Notes: generated by a model from the sequence alone, not told the origin. A stretch of DNA of 64,000 nucleotides from an uncultured Porphyromonadaceae bacterium (GCA_964547475.1 CAZJNQ010000005.1:17041-81040), one strand, 5' to 3'. Shown: positions 8,358 to 18,853, counted from the stretch's first letter. Program-made: numbers and translations.

Positions 8358-9455
8358 CTAAAAATATTTTACCGGATTGGTAATGATTCTTGTCAAACGA
8401 ACCGCAAAGTTAGGGAATTTTTCGACAAGAAAATCATGCAGGCAGTTGATCGCAAATTGTTCACTCTCATAGTGACCTATATCTGCAACCAGCATGGATG
8501 GCGGCACATCAAACCATTGATGGTATTTAATATCGGCGGTGACATAGGCATCGCACAGGCAGAACGAGGCCCGGGTTATGAACCCACTGCCGCTTCCACC
8601 GCAAACAGCTACCTTCCTGATCCGCTCCCCGGTATAAGCGGAATGACGGATTACGGGGGTTCCGAAAAAGTCTTTCAGCTGGCCCAGAAACTCTTCGGGA
8701 GACAGGTCCCGGGGCAGAATTCCGATCCTTCCGAAACCCTCCCCGGAATTGGCATTTAGCAAAGGGTAGAGGTCGTAGGCCACCTCCTCGTAAGGATGGG
8801 CAGCCAAAAGGGCTTCAATAACGGCACTGCTTAACCGGGCGGGCAGGATGGTCTCAAAACGGATCTCCTCTTCCCAGTGAAATTCTCCCGGTATCCCGAC
8901 GAAAGGCGAGGTCCCTTCATCTCCCCTGAAAGTACCGGTCCCCGGGGCCTGGAAAGAACAGCTATCGTATTTTCCTATCCTCCCCGCCCCCGCCTTAAAA
9001 ACGGCCTGGCTTACGTTCTGGATAAAATCTTTTGGAACAAAACAGACCAGCTTGACCAGATCTCCGGCACGGGGCGAGAGTACCTGCCGTTCCCGCAGGT
9101 CCAACCGGTCCGCCATCCTGTCGCTGACGCCACCAGCCACCTGATCGAGGTTTGTATGGCATGCGTAAAGCACAACATCTTTCCGGATGGCATCCGTCAC
9201 AACCCGCTCGGCCACCGTCCGGCCTGAGAACCTCTTCAGCCCTTCGAAAACCGGGGGATGGTGGCTGATGACCATGTTCAGGCCCAACCCTGCGGCTTCG
9301 GCAATCACTTCGGGAGTCACATCCAGGCAGACCAGCGCTCCGCTGATTTCCTGATCCGGGCTCCCGGTTATCAAGCCGGAGTTGTCATAGGGCTCCTGCA
9401 AGGCATTTGGAGCCAGATCTTCCAGCATTCCGGCAATATCCCCCGCGGTTATCAT
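8358..9455 (-). CDS. Nif3-like dinuclear metal centre protein (YbgI/YqfO family)
   Basis: 365 aa. The N-terminus (..LAPNALQEPYDNSGLITGS....I.G.LV.LDVT..VI.EA...G.NMVISHHP..F) and the C-terminus (..DIGHYESE..) are typical NIF3 motifs. Confidence 0.85.
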   Translation of the reverse strand: MITAGDIAGMLEDLAPNALQEPYDNSGLITGSPDQEISGALVCLDVTPEVIAEAAGLGLNMVISHHPPVFEGLKRFSGRTVAERVVTDAIRKDVVLYACHTNLDQVAGGVSDRMADRLDLRERQVLSPRAGDLVKLVCFVPKDFIQNVSQAVFKAGAGRIGKYDSCSFQAPGTGTFRGDEGTSPFVGIPGEFHWEEEIRFETILPARLSSAVIEALLAAHPYEEVAYDLYPLLNANSGEGFGRIGILPRDLSPEEFLGQLKDFFGTPVIRHSAYTGERIRKVAVCGGSGSGFITRASFCLCDAYVTADIKYHQWFDVPPSMLVADIGHYESEQFAINCLHDFLVEKFPNFAVRLTRIITNPVKYF

Positions 9456-9462
9456 TCAAAGA

Positions 9463-9828
9463 TTATAATTCGTCATGCATACCCGACAGCAATTCACGGA
9501 TCTGCTGGAGTTTCCTGATGATTTCGTGATCATGGTCGGTATCCGTCCGGTTGTCCCTGATTTTTTGCTGTGCACCCGCCAGGGTCATCCCTTTTTCCTT
9601 GACCAGATGATAAACCAGGTGTATCTGCTCGATATCTTTCTGAGTATAATGGCGTTTCCCTCCGGCGGTCTTCCTGGGTTTTATTATCTCAAACTGACTT
9701 TCCCAGTAACGGATGAGGGACGGATTGACCTGGAACATTTCAGCCACCTCACCGATGGAATAGTAAATCTTCTCTATTTTAGGCTCTTTGTAGGACAACT
9801 TCTTGTTATCAATCAAGTGACTGGCCAC
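9463..9828 (-). CDS. MerR family transcriptional regulator
   Basis: 121 aa containing YYSIGEVAEMFQVNPSLIRYWESQFEIIKPRKTAGGKRHYTQKDIEQI, a MerR-type HTH. It overlaps the 3' end of the M23 gene by 20 nt. Confidence 0.8.
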   Translation of the reverse strand: MASHLIDNKKLSYKEPKIEKIYYSIGEVAEMFQVNPSLIRYWESQFEIIKPRKTAGGKRHYTQKDIEQIHLVYHLVKEKGMTLAGAQQKIRDNRTDTDHDHEIIRKLQQIRELLSGMHDEL

Positions 9829-10783
9829 CCAGTTTTGACATCTCTATCAATTGCTGGTACTCCTGGGGTGTAATATCCGTAAACAGATAATTGATCGGAT
9901 CAACGGGGGCACCGCTCTTGTGAATTTCAAAATGCAGGTGCGGGGCAATGGATAATCCGGTATTGCCGCTTTCTGCAATGATCTGGCCCCGTTTGACCAC
10001 CTGCCCGGGATTGACCAGTGCCCTTCGCAGATGAGCGTAAAAGGTTTCATAGGAATAACCATGGTCAATCGTGATGGTGATCCCGTACCCTGAAAATCCC
10101 TTGACCGGGTTTACATCCGTCACAATGCCGTCTCCGGCGGCCCTGACTTTTGTCCCGATCGGAGCGGTGAAATCCACGCCCCTGTGAGGACGGTAGACTT
10201 TCAGGATGGGATGGAGCCTCTGCGTTGAGTAAAAGGACCCGATACGGTTATATCTTTCCAGCGGGATGATGCTCGGTATGGCTGTGAGCATCTTTTGCTT
10301 GTCCTTCCCCAGGGCGAATAGCAGGTCAAAGGATTTCGACTGGACATAGATCCTGTTCATGATGTTATCCAGCCTTTTGGCAGTTTCCTTGACTATCGTA
10401 CTATTCCTGTATCCTTCCAGGTCGGCGTACCGGTTGACCCCTCCAAAACCGGTATTCCTGACGGATGAAGAAACCGGGTCCGCTTCAAAGATGACACGGT
10501 AGATGTTGTCATCCCGGTTTTGCAGCTCCCCGAGCACCGCCTCAGCCTGATCCAACCGCTTGCCGGTTATATCGTATTGTGCCCTCAGAAATTCAAGTTC
10601 CCTCCTGAGGATTCTTTCTTTCGGCAAGTCCACGAACATGGAGATGATGATCAGCAGGCCCCCTCCGACAAAAAGACTGGATATCAGATAAGCAAGAACC
10701 CTGAAAAGCTTTTGGCCTATAGACAACCTGATCCGGTCAAAAGACAGCGATTCCGGATTAAAATGATATTTGAATTTTGCCAT
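9809..10783 (-). CDS. M23 family metallopeptidase (peptidoglycan DD-endopeptidase-like)
   Basis: 324 aa with an N-terminal TM helix. It carries the catalytic-type motifs HRGVDFTAPIGTKV.A.GDG.V and ESGNTGLSIAPHLHFEI. Confidence 0.85.
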   Translation of the reverse strand: MAKFKYHFNPESLSFDRIRLSIGQKLFRVLAYLISSLFVGGGLLIIISMFVDLPKERILRRELEFLRAQYDITGKRLDQAEAVLGELQNRDDNIYRVIFEADPVSSSVRNTGFGGVNRYADLEGYRNSTIVKETAKRLDNIMNRIYVQSKSFDLLFALGKDKQKMLTAIPSIIPLERYNRIGSFYSTQRLHPILKVYRPHRGVDFTAPIGTKVRAAGDGIVTDVNPVKGFSGYGITITIDHGYSYETFYAHLRRALVNPGQVVKRGQIIAESGNTGLSIAPHLHFEIHKSGAPVDPINYLFTDITPQEYQQLIEMSKLGGQSLD

Positions 10784-10825
10784 GTTCCAACGCTGAAATC
10801 ACTTCCGTGAACCATGCGGATGTCG

Positions 10826-10833
10826 CAAAATTA
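10826..10833 (-). promoter_or_regulatory. Candidate -7 box (TAnnTTTG) for the M23-MerR-Nif3-COG1579 operon
   Basis: The minus strand reads TAATTTTG, about 43 nt upstream of the ATG at 10783. Confidence 0.45.
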
Positions 10834-10844
10834 TTGAAAAAATC

Positions 10845-10852
10845 TAACTTTG
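10845..10852 (+). promoter_or_regulatory. Candidate -7 box (TAnnTTTG) for alaS
   Basis: TAACTTTG, about 38 nt upstream of the alaS ATG. It lies back-to-back with the divergent box at 10826-10833. Confidence 0.5.
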
Positions 10853-10889
10853 CAACAATCGTCAAAACCAGTAATTTAAGACAAACCGG

Positions 10890-13517
10890 ATGAATTCCAA
10901 AATAATAAGACAAAAATTCAAGGATTTCTTTGAAGAGAAACAACACCTGGTTGTTCCATCGGCCCCCATGGTGATCAAGGATGATCCAACCCTGATGTTC
11001 ACCAACGCGGGAATGAATCAATTCAAGGATATCTTTCTCGGAACCCGCGTCCCCGAAGCCAAAAGAATCGCCAATTCCCAGAAATGCCTCAGGGTTTCAG
11101 GCAAGCACAACGACCTGGAAGAGGTGGGTCTTGACACCTACCATCACACCATGTTTGAAATGCTGGGCAACTGGTCGTTCGGGGATTATTTTAAAAGGGA
11201 AGCCATAGACTGGGCCTGGGAATTCCTGACGGACAGAATGAAAATCAATCCTGACAGGTTATACGTTACCATTTTTGAAGGGGACTCCAAGGAGGGGATT
11301 GAAAGAGACACGGAAGCATACAATCACTGGCTCAGGCATCTGGATCCGTCGCGTATCCTGGAAGGATCAAAAAAAGACAATTTCTGGGAAATGGGTGATA
11401 CAGGACCCTGCGGACCCTGCTCTGAAATCCATGCGGATATCCGATCGGATGAAGGCCGGGCGGCAGTGCCTGGCAGGGAATTGGTCAATACGGGAAATCC
11501 ACAGGTGATTGAGATCTGGAACCTGGTATTTATCCAGTTTAACCGGAGATCGGACGGCACTCTCATCCAGCTTCCCCAGAAACATGTCGATACCGGCATG
11601 GGCTTCGAGCGCCTGGCCATGGTCGTCCAGGGGAAAAAATCGAATTACGAAACGGATATTTTCCAGCCCCTGATTGCACAGATAGTGGCTCTGACCGGTA
11701 CGTCCTATGGTGCCGATCCCGCTTCCGATGTGGCTATGAGGGTCATTGCCGACCATGTCCGCGCCGTGGCCTTTGCTATCGCCGACGGGCAACTGCCCTC
11801 CAATACCGGGGCGGGATACGTCATTCGGCGGATCCTCCGACGGGCAGTCCGGTACGGATACACCTTCCTCCATTGCAAAAAACCTTTTATGGCTGCGCTC
11901 GTGCCGGTGCTCGGAACAGAAATGGGGGAAGCCTTCCCTGAATTATCAAACCAAAACCAGCTGATATCCAAGGTGATCGCGGAGGAAGAAGGAGCCTTCC
12001 TGCGGACACTGGAAGCAGGAATACAAAGGCTCGACGAACTCATTTCAGCCTATAAGGATACTGGACTTCCTCTCAGCGGAAAATCAGCTTTTGAGCTCTA
12101 TGACACATTCGGTTTTCCTTTTGACCTGACCCAGCTCATCCTCGCTGAAAAAGGTTTATCTGTCGATGTCGGGGAATTTAAGGAAGAAATGAACAGGCAG
12201 AAGAACCGGTCAAAAAAGGCCGCCGAACAGCAGGCTTCCGATTGGATTATCCTCGTTGAAAACCGGGAACCGGAATTCATCGGCTATGACCAGACCGTCG
12301 CCCAGGTGAGGATCATGCGCTATCGCCAGGTCAAGACACAAAAGAGTTCACTTTATCAACTGGCGTTTGATAAAACACCCTTCTATGCGGAAAGTGGGGG
12401 CCAGGTTGGCGATACGGGCACTCTCGAATATCCCGGGGGAGTGATACCCGTTCTCGATACCCGGAAAGAAAATGATCTGACGGTTCACCTCACGGAAAGC
12501 CTTCCTCCGGATCCGGGAATAGTCTTCACAGCGAGGGTGGATGAAAGCCGCCGCCTCGATACCATGAGGAACCATTCGGCCACTCATTTGCTGCACTCAG
12601 CGCTCCGTACGGTCCTGGGTTCTCATGTTGAACAGAAGGGATCTCTGGTCACGCCTGAATATCTTCGGTTTGATTTCTCCCATTTTCAAAAGTTAAGCGA
12701 GAAGGAAATCGAATCCGTGGAAGTTCTTGTCAACCGGATGATCCGTGAAGACCAGCCTCTGGACGAGAAAAGGAATATCCCCATAGGGGAAGCCAGGAAA
12801 TTGGGGGCTATGGCTCTTTTCGGAGAAAAATACGGTGACAGGGTCAGGGTGATCCAGTTCGGTCAATCCACTGAACTGTGCGGAGGCACTCACATTGCCT
12901 CAACGGGGAGGATCGGCCTGTTCAGGATCACTTCAGAAAGCAGCATTGCCGCCGGCATCCGGCGCATCGAAGCACAGACCGGAGTGAGAGCCGAATCAGA
13001 AGCCAGAAACCAGTCCCGTACATTACACGAGCTGGCAGGCATGTTAAAAAGCGGGAATTCCATCACCGAAAGCGTCCGTGAGCTTATTGAAGAAAACCAG
13101 CAACTCCGGAAAAAAATGGATGAGCTGGGAAAGGAAAGCTTGAAAAAAATAAAATCGGACCTTAAGAACCGGGCTGAACATCACCAGGGGATCACCCTGA
13201 TTTGTGAAAGAACCACTCTTTCCGATACAGGCCAGTTGAAAGACCTTGCTTACCAGCTGAAAAACGAAATTACCAGCCTCTACCTGGTGCTGGGTTCGCT
13301 GCAGGAAAACAAGCCGGGCCTAACCATTATGATCTCCGATGAACTGGTGAAGTCGCTGGGGCTGAACGCCGGAACCATCATACGGGAGAGCGCCAGGGAA
13401 ATCCAGGGAGGCGGCGGGGGCCAGCCGTTCTTTGCAACAGCAGGCGGAAAAAATCCTGAAGGCCTGGATCGTGCCCTGGCAAAAGCCCGTCAAGCCCTGT
13501 TGGATAAACTGCCCTGA
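10890..13517 (+). CDS. alaS: Alanine--tRNA ligase
   Basis: 875 aa. The N-terminus (..FF..K.H..V.S.P.V...DPTLMFTNAGMNQFK..FLG) is characteristic. The editing-domain HxxxH (..HSATHLLHSAL..) and the C-terminal DHHA1-like region (..GGGGGQP.FA.AGG) are also present. Confidence 0.97.
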   Translation: MNSKIIRQKFKDFFEEKQHLVVPSAPMVIKDDPTLMFTNAGMNQFKDIFLGTRVPEAKRIANSQKCLRVSGKHNDLEEVGLDTYHHTMFEMLGNWSFGDYFKREAIDWAWEFLTDRMKINPDRLYVTIFEGDSKEGIERDTEAYNHWLRHLDPSRILEGSKKDNFWEMGDTGPCGPCSEIHADIRSDEGRAAVPGRELVNTGNPQVIEIWNLVFIQFNRRSDGTLIQLPQKHVDTGMGFERLAMVVQGKKSNYETDIFQPLIAQIVALTGTSYGADPASDVAMRVIADHVRAVAFAIADGQLPSNTGAGYVIRRILRRAVRYGYTFLHCKKPFMAALVPVLGTEMGEAFPELSNQNQLISKVIAEEEGAFLRTLEAGIQRLDELISAYKDTGLPLSGKSAFELYDTFGFPFDLTQLILAEKGLSVDVGEFKEEMNRQKNRSKKAAEQQASDWIILVENREPEFIGYDQTVAQVRIMRYRQVKTQKSSLYQLAFDKTPFYAESGGQVGDTGTLEYPGGVIPVLDTRKENDLTVHLTESLPPDPGIVFTARVDESRRLDTMRNHSATHLLHSALRTVLGSHVEQKGSLVTPEYLRFDFSHFQKLSEKEIESVEVLVNRMIREDQPLDEKRNIPIGEARKLGAMALFGEKYGDRVRVIQFGQSTELCGGTHIASTGRIGLFRITSESSIAAGIRRIEAQTGVRAESEARNQSRTLHELAGMLKSGNSITESVRELIEENQQLRKKMDELGKESLKKIKSDLKNRAEHHQGITLICERTTLSDTGQLKDLAYQLKNEITSLYLVLGSLQENKPGLTIMISDELVKSLGLNAGTIIRESAREIQGGGGGQPFFATAGGKNPEGLDRALAKARQALLDKLP

Positions 13518-13519
13518 TC

Positions 13520-14443
13520 TCAGGGAACCAGGAAAGGCAGCGCACCCGGCAGGCAAGAGTATCTGAGCGGCGCATGGCCTTCGATTTCGCCGTCCGCTTC
13601 AACAACGATAATGTTCCTGTCAGGCTCTATACTCACTTCGGGTGTCCGGAAATATTTGACTTCGGGATTGTTGATTTTCTCCGCTCTGCGCAGCCTTGAG
13701 AAATTCTTGAGGTAATCGATCACACTGACATTGCCGAGAATGATCAGCTCAAACTGGCCATCGTCCATCTTTGCTTCGGGAGCGACCCCCAGGCCGCTGC
13801 CGAAATAGGTCCCATTGGCTACTACGACTCCCAGCACCTTGCCTTCAAAGGATTGGCCGCTCCACGAAACCCTGATCTTTTTGTGTCTGTAGGTCATGAA
13901 GGTGGACAGAGCTGACAGAATAAAGGTCAGTGTCCCGCCAAGGATTTTCTTTCTCAAATGGACGCCATTCACCCTGGCCACCACTTCAGCACCTATGCCC
14001 ACATCGGCAATATTGTCGAAATAACGCGTATAAACCGTGCCATCTTTTCGGGTGAAACTCATGGCCCCTGCATCCAGCATCCGGGGTTTATTGTTCCTGA
14101 TGGCTTGGTAAAGCTGATCAATGGAGCAGTTCATCCCGACCCCCCTGGCAAAATCATTGCCGGTGCCTGTTGGAAGGACACCGAGAGCCACGGATTTTGT
14201 CAGTTTTGCCCTGGATTTTAAAAAGGCATTCACCACTTCGTTCAGCGTTCCGTCACCACCAACTGCCACCAGAAAGTCACAACCTTCAGACAAGGCAAGC
14301 ATGCTCAGTGATTCGGCGTGGCGAGGTCGGGTTGTTTCATAGAATCTCAATTCATACTCAACACCGAACCTTTTCTCCAAAGTGGCCCTTAAGCTTTTTT
14401 TCCTGCTGATTTTTGCATGAAGTACGAAACCGATAACCTCCAT
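13520..14443 (-). CDS. Diacylglycerol/lipid kinase family protein (YegS/BmrU-like)
   Basis: 307 aa with ..VAVGGDGTLNEVVN.. and ..LGVLPTGTGNDFAR.. motifs. Confidence 0.85.
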   Translation of the reverse strand: MEVIGFVLHAKISRKKSLRATLEKRFGVEYELRFYETTRPRHAESLSMLALSEGCDFLVAVGGDGTLNEVVNAFLKSRAKLTKSVALGVLPTGTGNDFARGVGMNCSIDQLYQAIRNNKPRMLDAGAMSFTRKDGTVYTRYFDNIADVGIGAEVVARVNGVHLRKKILGGTLTFILSALSTFMTYRHKKIRVSWSGQSFEGKVLGVVVANGTYFGSGLGVAPEAKMDDGQFELIILGNVSVIDYLKNFSRLRRAEKINNPEVKYFRTPEVSIEPDRNIIVVEADGEIEGHAPLRYSCLPGALPFLVP

Positions 14444-14574
14444 CTCCCCAAAGGTTTACCCTCAGGTTTTAGCAAACCGGCTGCAATTTACGAACATTTT
14501 CGATCGGTTTGCGTTAGTTACTTGGCAATTTAGGGAACTGTGCTATTTTTATCCTTTAATTAATCTGGCAATTA

Positions 14575-15564
14575 ATGGATTATCTGGCTGCCGGCAAACG
14601 TTACGAAAATATGGTTTACCGCAGATGCGGCGCGAGCGGAATTCGGCTTCCCATTGTATCCCTGGGACTTTGGCACAATTTCGGGGACGTGGATTCCTTT
14701 AGCCTGGTACGGAGCATGATCCTCGAGGCTTTTGACCGCGGGATCTCCCATTTTGACCTCGCCAACAACTACGGACCCCCGCCCGGATCAGCCGAGACGA
14801 ATTTTGGAAAAGTTCTCGGCCGGGACCTGAAAGCTTATCGCGATGAATTGATAATCAGCACGAAAGTAGGATACCTCATGTGGCCGGGACCCTACGGCGA
14901 GTTCGGGTCGAGGAAATACTTGCTGTCATCCCTCGACCAGAGCCTCAGACGGCTCAACCTGGATTATGTCGATATTTTTTATTCCCACCGATACGATCCG
15001 GAGACTCCGCTGGAAGAAACCATGGGAGCCCTCGCTTCAGCCGTCGGATCGGGTAAGGCTCTCTATTCAGGAATATCAAATTATCCGCCCGAGCAAACGG
15101 AAGAGGCTGCCCGGATCCTGCAGGAACACGGAACCCCATGCCTGATTCATCAGGTTAAATACTCTCTGTTTCAAAGGACTCCGGAAGAAGGTCTCGCCGA
15201 CGTTCTACTCGAAAGGGGGATCGGATGCATCGCGTTCTCCCCGCTTGCCCAGGGCCTGCTGACCGACCGCTACCTCGACGGAATCCCCTCGGATTCCCGT
15301 GCCGCCAAGCCTCATGGCTTCCTACAAGCCGGACAGATCACACCCGGCGTTCTGGACACGGTTCGCCGGCTCGACCGGAAAGCACACGACATGGGAATGA
15401 CACTGGCCGAAATGGCCCTGAACTGGGTTAAAAGCCATAAATTCATTACCTCCGTCCTCGTCGGAGTCAGCAACCTCCGGCAACTTGATACCAACCTCAG
15501 GATAATCGACCTGCCCGATTTCACCTCTCAGGAAATCAGCGAGATCAATCATTGTCTGCAATAA
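14575..15564 (+). CDS. Aldo/keto reductase (YghZ/L-glyceraldehyde-3-phosphate reductase-like)
   Basis: 329 aa with ..YRRCG.SG..LP..SLGLWHNFG.., ..GI.HFDLANNYGPPPGSAE..FG.. and ..STK.GY.MW.GPYG...SRKYL... Confidence 0.85.
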   Translation: MDYLAAGKRYENMVYRRCGASGIRLPIVSLGLWHNFGDVDSFSLVRSMILEAFDRGISHFDLANNYGPPPGSAETNFGKVLGRDLKAYRDELIISTKVGYLMWPGPYGEFGSRKYLLSSLDQSLRRLNLDYVDIFYSHRYDPETPLEETMGALASAVGSGKALYSGISNYPPEQTEEAARILQEHGTPCLIHQVKYSLFQRTPEEGLADVLLERGIGCIAFSPLAQGLLTDRYLDGIPSDSRAAKPHGFLQAGQITPGVLDTVRRLDRKAHDMGMTLAEMALNWVKSHKFITSVLVGVSNLRQLDTNLRIIDLPDFTSQEISEINHCLQ

Positions 15565-15581
15565 CCTAACCTTAATCATAT

Positions 15582-17366
15582 ATGGAAATTAAAAGGATTT
15601 TTGAAGTACTGGAGTATGCCAGTCAGCATTATCCCCGTACCGATGCCCTGGCTTCCAAGGTGGAAGGCCAGTGGGTAACCTGGTCCACGGAAGAGTATAT
15701 CCGGATGGCCCGGATGGTCAGTTATGGATTGCTCGCCATGGGTTTACAGAAAGGCGATAAAATTGTCACCGCCTCGAACAACCGTCCCGAATGGAACTTC
15801 CTTGACATGGGCATGATGCAGATCGGCGTGGTACATGTCCCCATCTATCCGACCCTGAGCGATGAGGAGACACACTACATCCTGAAGCACTCTGACGCCC
15901 GGATGGCCATCGTTTCCGATGCTCAGCTCTACATGAAATTCAAGAGAATTGCCCCGCCAAATATCGAGAACATCTTCACCTTTAACCAGGTCGAAGGAGC
16001 ACCCTGTTGGATGGAGATTACGGAACTGGGAGAGAAAAACGAAAAAAAATGGGCCGAAAAACTGCAGGTCATTAAAGACAGCATCAAGCCTGATGATCTT
16101 TTCACCATCATTTATACTTCAGGTACAACAGGAGTGTCCAAAGGCGTTATGCTTTCCCACCGTAACGTATCCACCAATTTCGACGATGCCCTCCATTTGC
16201 TTGACCTCGACCAGTCTGAAAAGGTGCTCAGCTTCCTGCCCCTTTGCCATGTGTTCGAAAGAACCGTGCATTATGCCTATCAGCTTCAGGGTTACGGGCT
16301 CTATTATGCAGAAAATCTCGGCACCATCGGAGCGGACCTGAAAGAGATCAAGGCTGCAGGTTTTGTCGCTGTGCCCAGAATCCTGGAAGTGGTCTATGAC
16401 AAGATCATCGCCAAGGGTAAAGCCCTGAAGGGCATTAAAAAACAGATTTTTTTCTGGTCGGTCAACATAGCCCAGAAATACGAACATGGGGGAGTGAACG
16501 GGAAATGGTACGAATTCCGGCGGAAAATTGCTGACAAACTGGTATTCTCCAAATGGCGTGAAGGGCTTGGGGGAAATGTCCAGCTCGTTGTTTCAGGAGG
16601 AGCCGCCCTCCAGCCCAGGTTGGCGAGGGTGTTTTCGGCTGCCGGACTTACGGTCCAGGAAGGTTACGGTCTCACCGAAACCTCCCCGGTCGTTGCCGCC
16701 AATGAAAGGAATTACCCCGACAATATGATCGGAACCGTAGGACTGGTGATGAAAAGCATCCAGGTAAAAATTGCAGAGGATGGCGAGATCCTGGTCAAAG
16801 GCCCGTCGGTCATGCTGGGATATTACAAGAATGAAGAATTAACCCGCGAGGTAATAGATTCTGACGGATGGTTTCACACAGGGGACATCGGTGAAATGGT
16901 CGATGGCAGGTTCCTGAAGATCACCGACCGGAAAAAAGAAATATTTAAAAACTCCGGAGGGAAATACATCGCTCCCCAAGCCATCGAAAACCAGTGCAAG
17001 GAGTCGTTCTTCATCGAAAATATCATGATCATCGGCGAAAACCAGAAATTCACCTCTGCCATCGTTTCGCCGAATTTCCGGTTCCTGCATGACTATTGCG
17101 CCAGGAAAGGCATACATTACCGGGACAATGCCGAGTTGATCACCAAACCGGTTATCCTGGCCCGCTATCAGATGGAAATCAACACAATCAACAAGAAATT
17201 GCCGGCCCACGAACAGGTCAAGAGATTCAGGCTGGTGGTGGATGAATGGACTTCAGCAACCGGTGAGCTGTCCCCCACCCTGAAACTGAAGAGGAAAATC
17301 CTGTACGATCGCTACGCTCCTATCATTGCGGAGATCTACTCCATGTCTAAACCCGGCGACGAATGA
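15582..17366 (+). CDS. AMP-dependent long-chain fatty-acid--CoA ligase
   Basis: 594 aa. It has the AMP-binding signature IIYTSGTTGVSKGVMLSHRN, plus ..GYGLTETSP.. and ..TGDIGE...G.L.ITDRKKE.FK.SGGKYI.P... Confidence 0.9.
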   Translation: MEIKRIFEVLEYASQHYPRTDALASKVEGQWVTWSTEEYIRMARMVSYGLLAMGLQKGDKIVTASNNRPEWNFLDMGMMQIGVVHVPIYPTLSDEETHYILKHSDARMAIVSDAQLYMKFKRIAPPNIENIFTFNQVEGAPCWMEITELGEKNEKKWAEKLQVIKDSIKPDDLFTIIYTSGTTGVSKGVMLSHRNVSTNFDDALHLLDLDQSEKVLSFLPLCHVFERTVHYAYQLQGYGLYYAENLGTIGADLKEIKAAGFVAVPRILEVVYDKIIAKGKALKGIKKQIFFWSVNIAQKYEHGGVNGKWYEFRRKIADKLVFSKWREGLGGNVQLVVSGGAALQPRLARVFSAAGLTVQEGYGLTETSPVVAANERNYPDNMIGTVGLVMKSIQVKIAEDGEILVKGPSVMLGYYKNEELTREVIDSDGWFHTGDIGEMVDGRFLKITDRKKEIFKNSGGKYIAPQAIENQCKESFFIENIMIIGENQKFTSAIVSPNFRFLHDYCARKGIHYRDNAELITKPVILARYQMEINTINKKLPAHEQVKRFRLVVDEWTSATGELSPTLKLKRKILYDRYAPIIAEIYSMSKPGDE

Positions 17367-18798
17367 GCCACAGGCCGGCAAAGGTGATCAGGCCGTTGAT
17401 CAGGAGCAGTTCAAAGCTGAACACGTATCCGTAGAACAACTGCCTGGAGAATACATTGATCAGGTAAGTCAGGACCGGTGCCAGTACAGCAACCATAGGA
17501 ACATACCGGTCCTGGACGTTTTGCCGGGTGAACATTCCGAACACGAACAGGCCGAGAAGAGGGCCATAGGTGTAGCCGGCAATAGTAAATATGGTATCGA
17601 TGATGCTCCGGTTGTTCAATGCCTTGAACAGCAGGATGATCACCAGGAAGAGCACCGACAGCAGGATGTGTACCCGGTAACGGACCTTCCTGGTCTTCTC
17701 CTCAGGCGAATTCCCTTTATTGAGAATATCAATAGTGATGGAGGTGGTCAGTGCAGTCATGGCGGAATCCGCACTGGAATAGGCTGCCGCAACCAGGCCG
17801 ACGATAAATAATACGCCGATATACGGGGGAAAATACCTTCCGGTTGCGATCATCGGGAACAGATCATCGGATTGCGCGGGCATTTCAATCTGTTTCGAAC
17901 GGACATACAGGACCAGAAGGGCTCCCAAGGTTAAAAACAGGAAATTGATGGGTACATACAGGCTGCTGGACCATGCCATGTTTCTGCGGGATTCCTTCAG
18001 GGTCCTGCAGCTCAGGTTCTTTTGCATCATATCCTGATCCAGGCCGGTCATGGTTATTGTGATGAACATGCCTCCCAGGAAGTACTTCACGAAATGCTTA
18101 CGATCACCGGCGAAGTCATCCCAGAAAAAGATCTGGCCCAGCCCGTTGTCCTTGACGGACTCCGTTAAACCTGTCCAGGTCAGGTTTAAATCGTTTTTAA
18201 TCGTTATGATGGTAAGAATCAGGCATGTGATAAATAACAGGGCTTGAAGGGAATCAGTCCAGATAATTGTTTTGATACCCCCACGGAAAGTATAAAGCCA
18301 TATTAAACCGATCGTTATCAGCACATTGATCGTATAGGGCACATGCAAAGCATCGAACAGGGTGAACTGAAGAACGGCCGATACAAGGTAGAGGCGCGCA
18401 GCGGAACCGATCGTGCGGGACAGAAGGAAGAAGCCGGCCCCGGTCTTGTAAGACCAGAAACCGAACCTCTGCTTCAGGTATTCATAGATGGAAGTAAGCC
18501 GGAGCTTGTAATAGAGAGGTAGCAAAAACAATATGATGACCAGGTAACCCGCCAGGTAGCCCAGGACCATCTGCATGTAGGCAAACTGGCTGGTAACCAC
18601 CCATCCGGGCACGGAAATGAACGTGACGCCTGAAATGGACGCCCCGATCATGCCGATGGCCACAATAAACCAGGGTGATTTTCTGTTTCCTATGAAAAAA
18701 CTGTCATTGTTGGCTCCCCTGCTGGTTACCCTGCCTATCAACAGCAAAACGGAAAAATAGGAAACCAGTATGACGGCGATCCAGATCGGGTTCATCAC
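17347..18798 (-). CDS. Sodium:solute symporter family transporter
   Basis: 483 aa with about 13 predicted hydrophobic segments. The N-terminal region is SSF-like (..NDSFFIGNRKSPWFIVAIGMIGASISGVTFISVPG..). It overlaps the ligase gene convergently by 20 nt. Confidence 0.8.
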   Translation of the reverse strand: MMNPIWIAVILVSYFSVLLLIGRVTSRGANNDSFFIGNRKSPWFIVAIGMIGASISGVTFISVPGWVVTSQFAYMQMVLGYLAGYLVIILFLLPLYYKLRLTSIYEYLKQRFGFWSYKTGAGFFLLSRTIGSAARLYLVSAVLQFTLFDALHVPYTINVLITIGLIWLYTFRGGIKTIIWTDSLQALLFITCLILTIITIKNDLNLTWTGLTESVKDNGLGQIFFWDDFAGDRKHFVKYFLGGMFITITMTGLDQDMMQKNLSCRTLKESRRNMAWSSSLYVPINFLFLTLGALLVLYVRSKQIEMPAQSDDLFPMIATGRYFPPYIGVLFIVGLVAAAYSSADSAMTALTTSITIDILNKGNSPEEKTRKVRYRVHILLSVLFLVIILLFKALNNRSIIDTIFTIAGYTYGPLLGLFVFGMFTRQNVQDRYVPMVAVLAPVLTYLINVFSRQLFYGYVFSFELLLINGLITFAGLWLIRRRV

Positions 18799-18853
18799 GG
18801 CTCAGTCTTGCGGCAAATAAAAGCAAAAAATTGCAGATCGGGCACAAGGGTAT

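Noticed and set aside
7670-8383. Plus-strand 237-aa ORF opposite the COG1579 gene.
   Set aside because: It is the antisense of a Glu/Lys/Leu-rich coiled-coil gene. Its L/F-rich translation has no motifs. The minus-strand product has a clear Zn ribbon and conserved synteny with Nif3.
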